Shown here: positions 62,532 through 64,000 of the stretch, in pieces
How the letters are laid out: every line of letters begins with the position of its first letter
Numbering within the stretch: the stretch's first letter is position 1
Origin: Actinomycetes bacterium
Lineage (GTDB): Bacteria; Actinomycetota; Actinomycetes; Streptosporangiales; Streptosporangiaceae
Assembly (NCBI GenBank): GCA_021792405.1
Contig: JAJYUU010000001.1
Span: 21,590 to 85,589 of the forward strand
Reading direction: 5' to 3'
Length of the DNA: 64,000 bases
Made by a program: the position numbers and the translations under genes
The notes under the pieces: model-generated
The model's input: the letters and a program-made list of their open reading frames with translations, nothing else
Database searches by the model: none
What the model was told of the DNA's origin: nothing

Positions 62532-63289
62532 CCGTCGACTTCCAGCTACTGCCGATCCAGCCGGGAACCAGGCTGCTTGACCTCGGCTGCGGCGCAGGGC
62601 GGCATGCTTTCGAAGCGGCGCGGCGCGGCGCGCAGGTAGTAGCGCTCGACACCGATCACAGCGAACTGAAGCGAGTGCGCGCGGTCGCCGCGGCGATGGC
62701 GGAGGCAGCGGAGATACAGCCGCCGGCCAGCGTCACCTGCGCGCTTGGTGACGCCACCAGGATGCCGTTCCCCGACGGCAGCTTCGACCTGGTGATAGCG
62801 GCGGAAGTGCTGGAGCACATTCCCGCCGACCAGCGCGCCATGAACGAGATCAGCCGGGTACTGCGGCCGGGCGGTATCGCGGCCGTCACGGTGCCCGCCT
62901 GGCTGCCCGAGCGGGTCTGCTGGGCGCTATCCGACGAATACCACAACGTTCCGGGCGGACACGTGCGCATCTTCACCCGCCGCGAGCTGGAGGTCAAGCT
63001 GCGGCGAGCCGGCCTGGCTGTCGGCGGCCACCACCATGCGCATGCGCTGCACTCGCCGTACTGGTGGCTCAAGTGCGCGGTCGGCGTGCACGACGATGCC
63101 CACCCGCTCGCCAGCGCCTACCACAAGCTACTGGTATGGGACATCATGCGCCGTCCGGCCGTTACCCGGCTGGCTGACCGGGCGCTGAACCCGCTCATCG
63201 GCAAGAGCCTGGTGGTATACGCCACCAAGCCGGTCACGGCCGCACGGCAGCCGGGTCCGGCGGCGGAGAAGGTGCATGCAGCAGCCTGA
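62525..63289 (+). CDS. Class I SAM-dependent methyltransferase
   Basis: 254 aa with motif I LLDLGCGAGRH, DGSFDLVIAAEVLEHI and LRPGGIAAVTVP. It overlaps the GT gene end by 7 nt. Confidence 0.85.
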   Translation: MLTVDFQLLPIQPGTRLLDLGCGAGRHAFEAARRGAQVVALDTDHSELKRVRAVAAAMAEAAEIQPPASVTCALGDATRMPFPDGSFDLVIAAEVLEHIPADQRAMNEISRVLRPGGIAAVTVPAWLPERVCWALSDEYHNVPGGHVRIFTRRELEVKLRRAGLAVGGHHHAHALHSPYWWLKCAVGVHDDAHPLASAYHKLLVWDIMRRPAVTRLADRALNPLIGKSLVVYATKPVTAARQPGPAAEKVHAAA

Positions 63290-64000
63290 GGCCGGCTCCG
63301 CGGCGGCCGGCTCCGCATCGGCCGCTGGCCGTGCGCCGGCGGTTCCGGGAATCCTTACCGCGGGCCAGCTGCATGCGACGGCGCGGGCGATCGCGGCCGA
63401 CCAGCAGGCCGACGGCTCGATCGGCTGGCCGGACGGGCATGTCGACGCATGGAACCATGTGGAGTGCGCGATGGCGCTGAGCGTGTGCGGATTGCGCCGC
63501 GAAGCACGCCGCGCCTATGCCTGGCTCGCCGATGCGCAGCAACCGGACGGGTCCTGGCCGGTGCAGACCGCCGGCGGACCGGACGGCGAGCGGACTACCG
63601 AGAGCAACCACGCGGCCTACTGCGCAGTCGGCGTCTGGCATGAACTGCTGGTGACCGGCGATGAGGATTTCGCCGCGCGGATGTGGCCAGTGGTCCGCGC
63701 CGCCGTCGAGTTCGCCATCGGCCTGCAGGCGCCGCGCGGCGAGATTATCTGGCGCCGCCACGAAGACGGCACGCCGGACAGCTACGCGCTGCTCACCGGC
63801 AGCTCGAGCATGTACCACAGCCTTCGCTGCGCGATCGCGCTGGCCGAACGGCTTGCGCAGCCGCAGCCGCGCTGGGAGCTTGCCGCGGCGCTGCTCGGGC
63901 ACGCCGTTGCCTGCCACGGTGAGGCCTTCGCTGACAAGAGCCGGTTCTCGATGGACTGGTATTACCCGGTCCTCGCTGGCCCGGTACGCGGCATGGCCGC
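63276..64000 (+). CDS. Prenyltransferase/terpene-cyclase-fold (alpha-alpha toroid repeat) protein, N-terminal part (runs off the right edge)
   Basis: My translation from ATG 63276: MQQPEAGSAAAGS...LHATARAIAADQQADGSIGWPDGHVDAWNHVECAMALSVCGL...AWLADAQQPDGSWPVQ...AVEFAIGLQAPRGEIIW. It contains repeated Q-x2-DGSW-type motifs. It overlaps the methyltransferase stop by 14 nt. It is absent from the ORF track because there is no stop in the window. Confidence 0.7.
   Translation, partial: MQQPEAGSAAAGSASAAGRAPAVPGILTAGQLHATARAIAADQQADGSIGWPDGHVDAWNHVECAMALSVCGLRREARRAYAWLADAQQPDGSWPVQTAGGPDGERTTESNHAAYCAVGVWHELLVTGDEDFAARMWPVVRAAVEFAIGLQAPRGEIIWRRHEDGTPDSYALLTGSSSMYHSLRCAIALAERLAQPQPRWELAAALLGHAVACHGEAFADKSRFSMDWYYPVLAGPVRGMA

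Overview
High-GC (about 70% by eye) actinobacterial chromosome, Streptomyces-like in gene content and synteny. It is almost entirely conserved core metabolism. I support about 50 protein-coding genes. I saw no rRNA, tRNA, CRISPR array, transposase or integrase. Left to right: purH(partial)-purN, a PerM-like polytopic membrane protein, sucDC, a stand-alone B12-binding (IcmB-like) protein and pcrA. Next come an APC permease divergent from a saccharopine-dehydrogenase-like gene plus gamma-aminobutyraldehyde dehydrogenase, then a two-domain GNAT. A form-II coxS-L-M-G type molybdo-hydroxylase operon follows, then a PIG-L deacetylase, kynureninase, a decayed lipid-kinase pseudogene, a mycothiol-dependent (DinB/MDMPI) family protein, and guaA with a CNNM/TlyC-type protein. 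After an M20 amidohydrolase come the TCA genes mdh, icd and a CitA-like citrate synthase (plus DUF3017). Then an FHA-LuxR regulator lies convergent with a hypothetical/polytopic Ser/Thr kinase/enoyl-CoA hydratase unit, followed by an HTH protein and bldC. The complete GlgE alpha-glucan pathway is present (glgP divergent from glgE-treS-pep2-glgB). After it come a TetR plus NUDIX-NYN pair, sppA and a flavin reductase. The histidine utilisation genes (hutU, M20 amidohydrolase, hutF ... hutI) are interrupted by an LCP gene. The window ends with a VIT1/CCC1 transporter and a gmd / GT4 glycosyltransferase / methyltransferase / prenyltransferase-fold cluster that runs off the right edge. I found no clear novel multi-gene system such as a defence island. 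The observations most worth a second look are: (1) a CoxG-like protein fused to an RpoA alpha-CTD-like module and a membrane tail anchor; (2) perfect in-frame 15-bp tandem arrays in coxL and the kinase; (3) the FHA-LuxR/polytopic kinase module; (4) a gmd gene whose essential Rossmann loop lies upstream of any canonical start codon; (5) a hut operon split by an LCP gene, with a candidate non-orthologous deformylase; (6) a lipid-kinase pseudogene with flanking repeats; (7) several strong palindromic or nested structures in divergent intergenic regions. All calls come from reading the translations and the DNA by eye. No database search was run, and start codons are best guesses.
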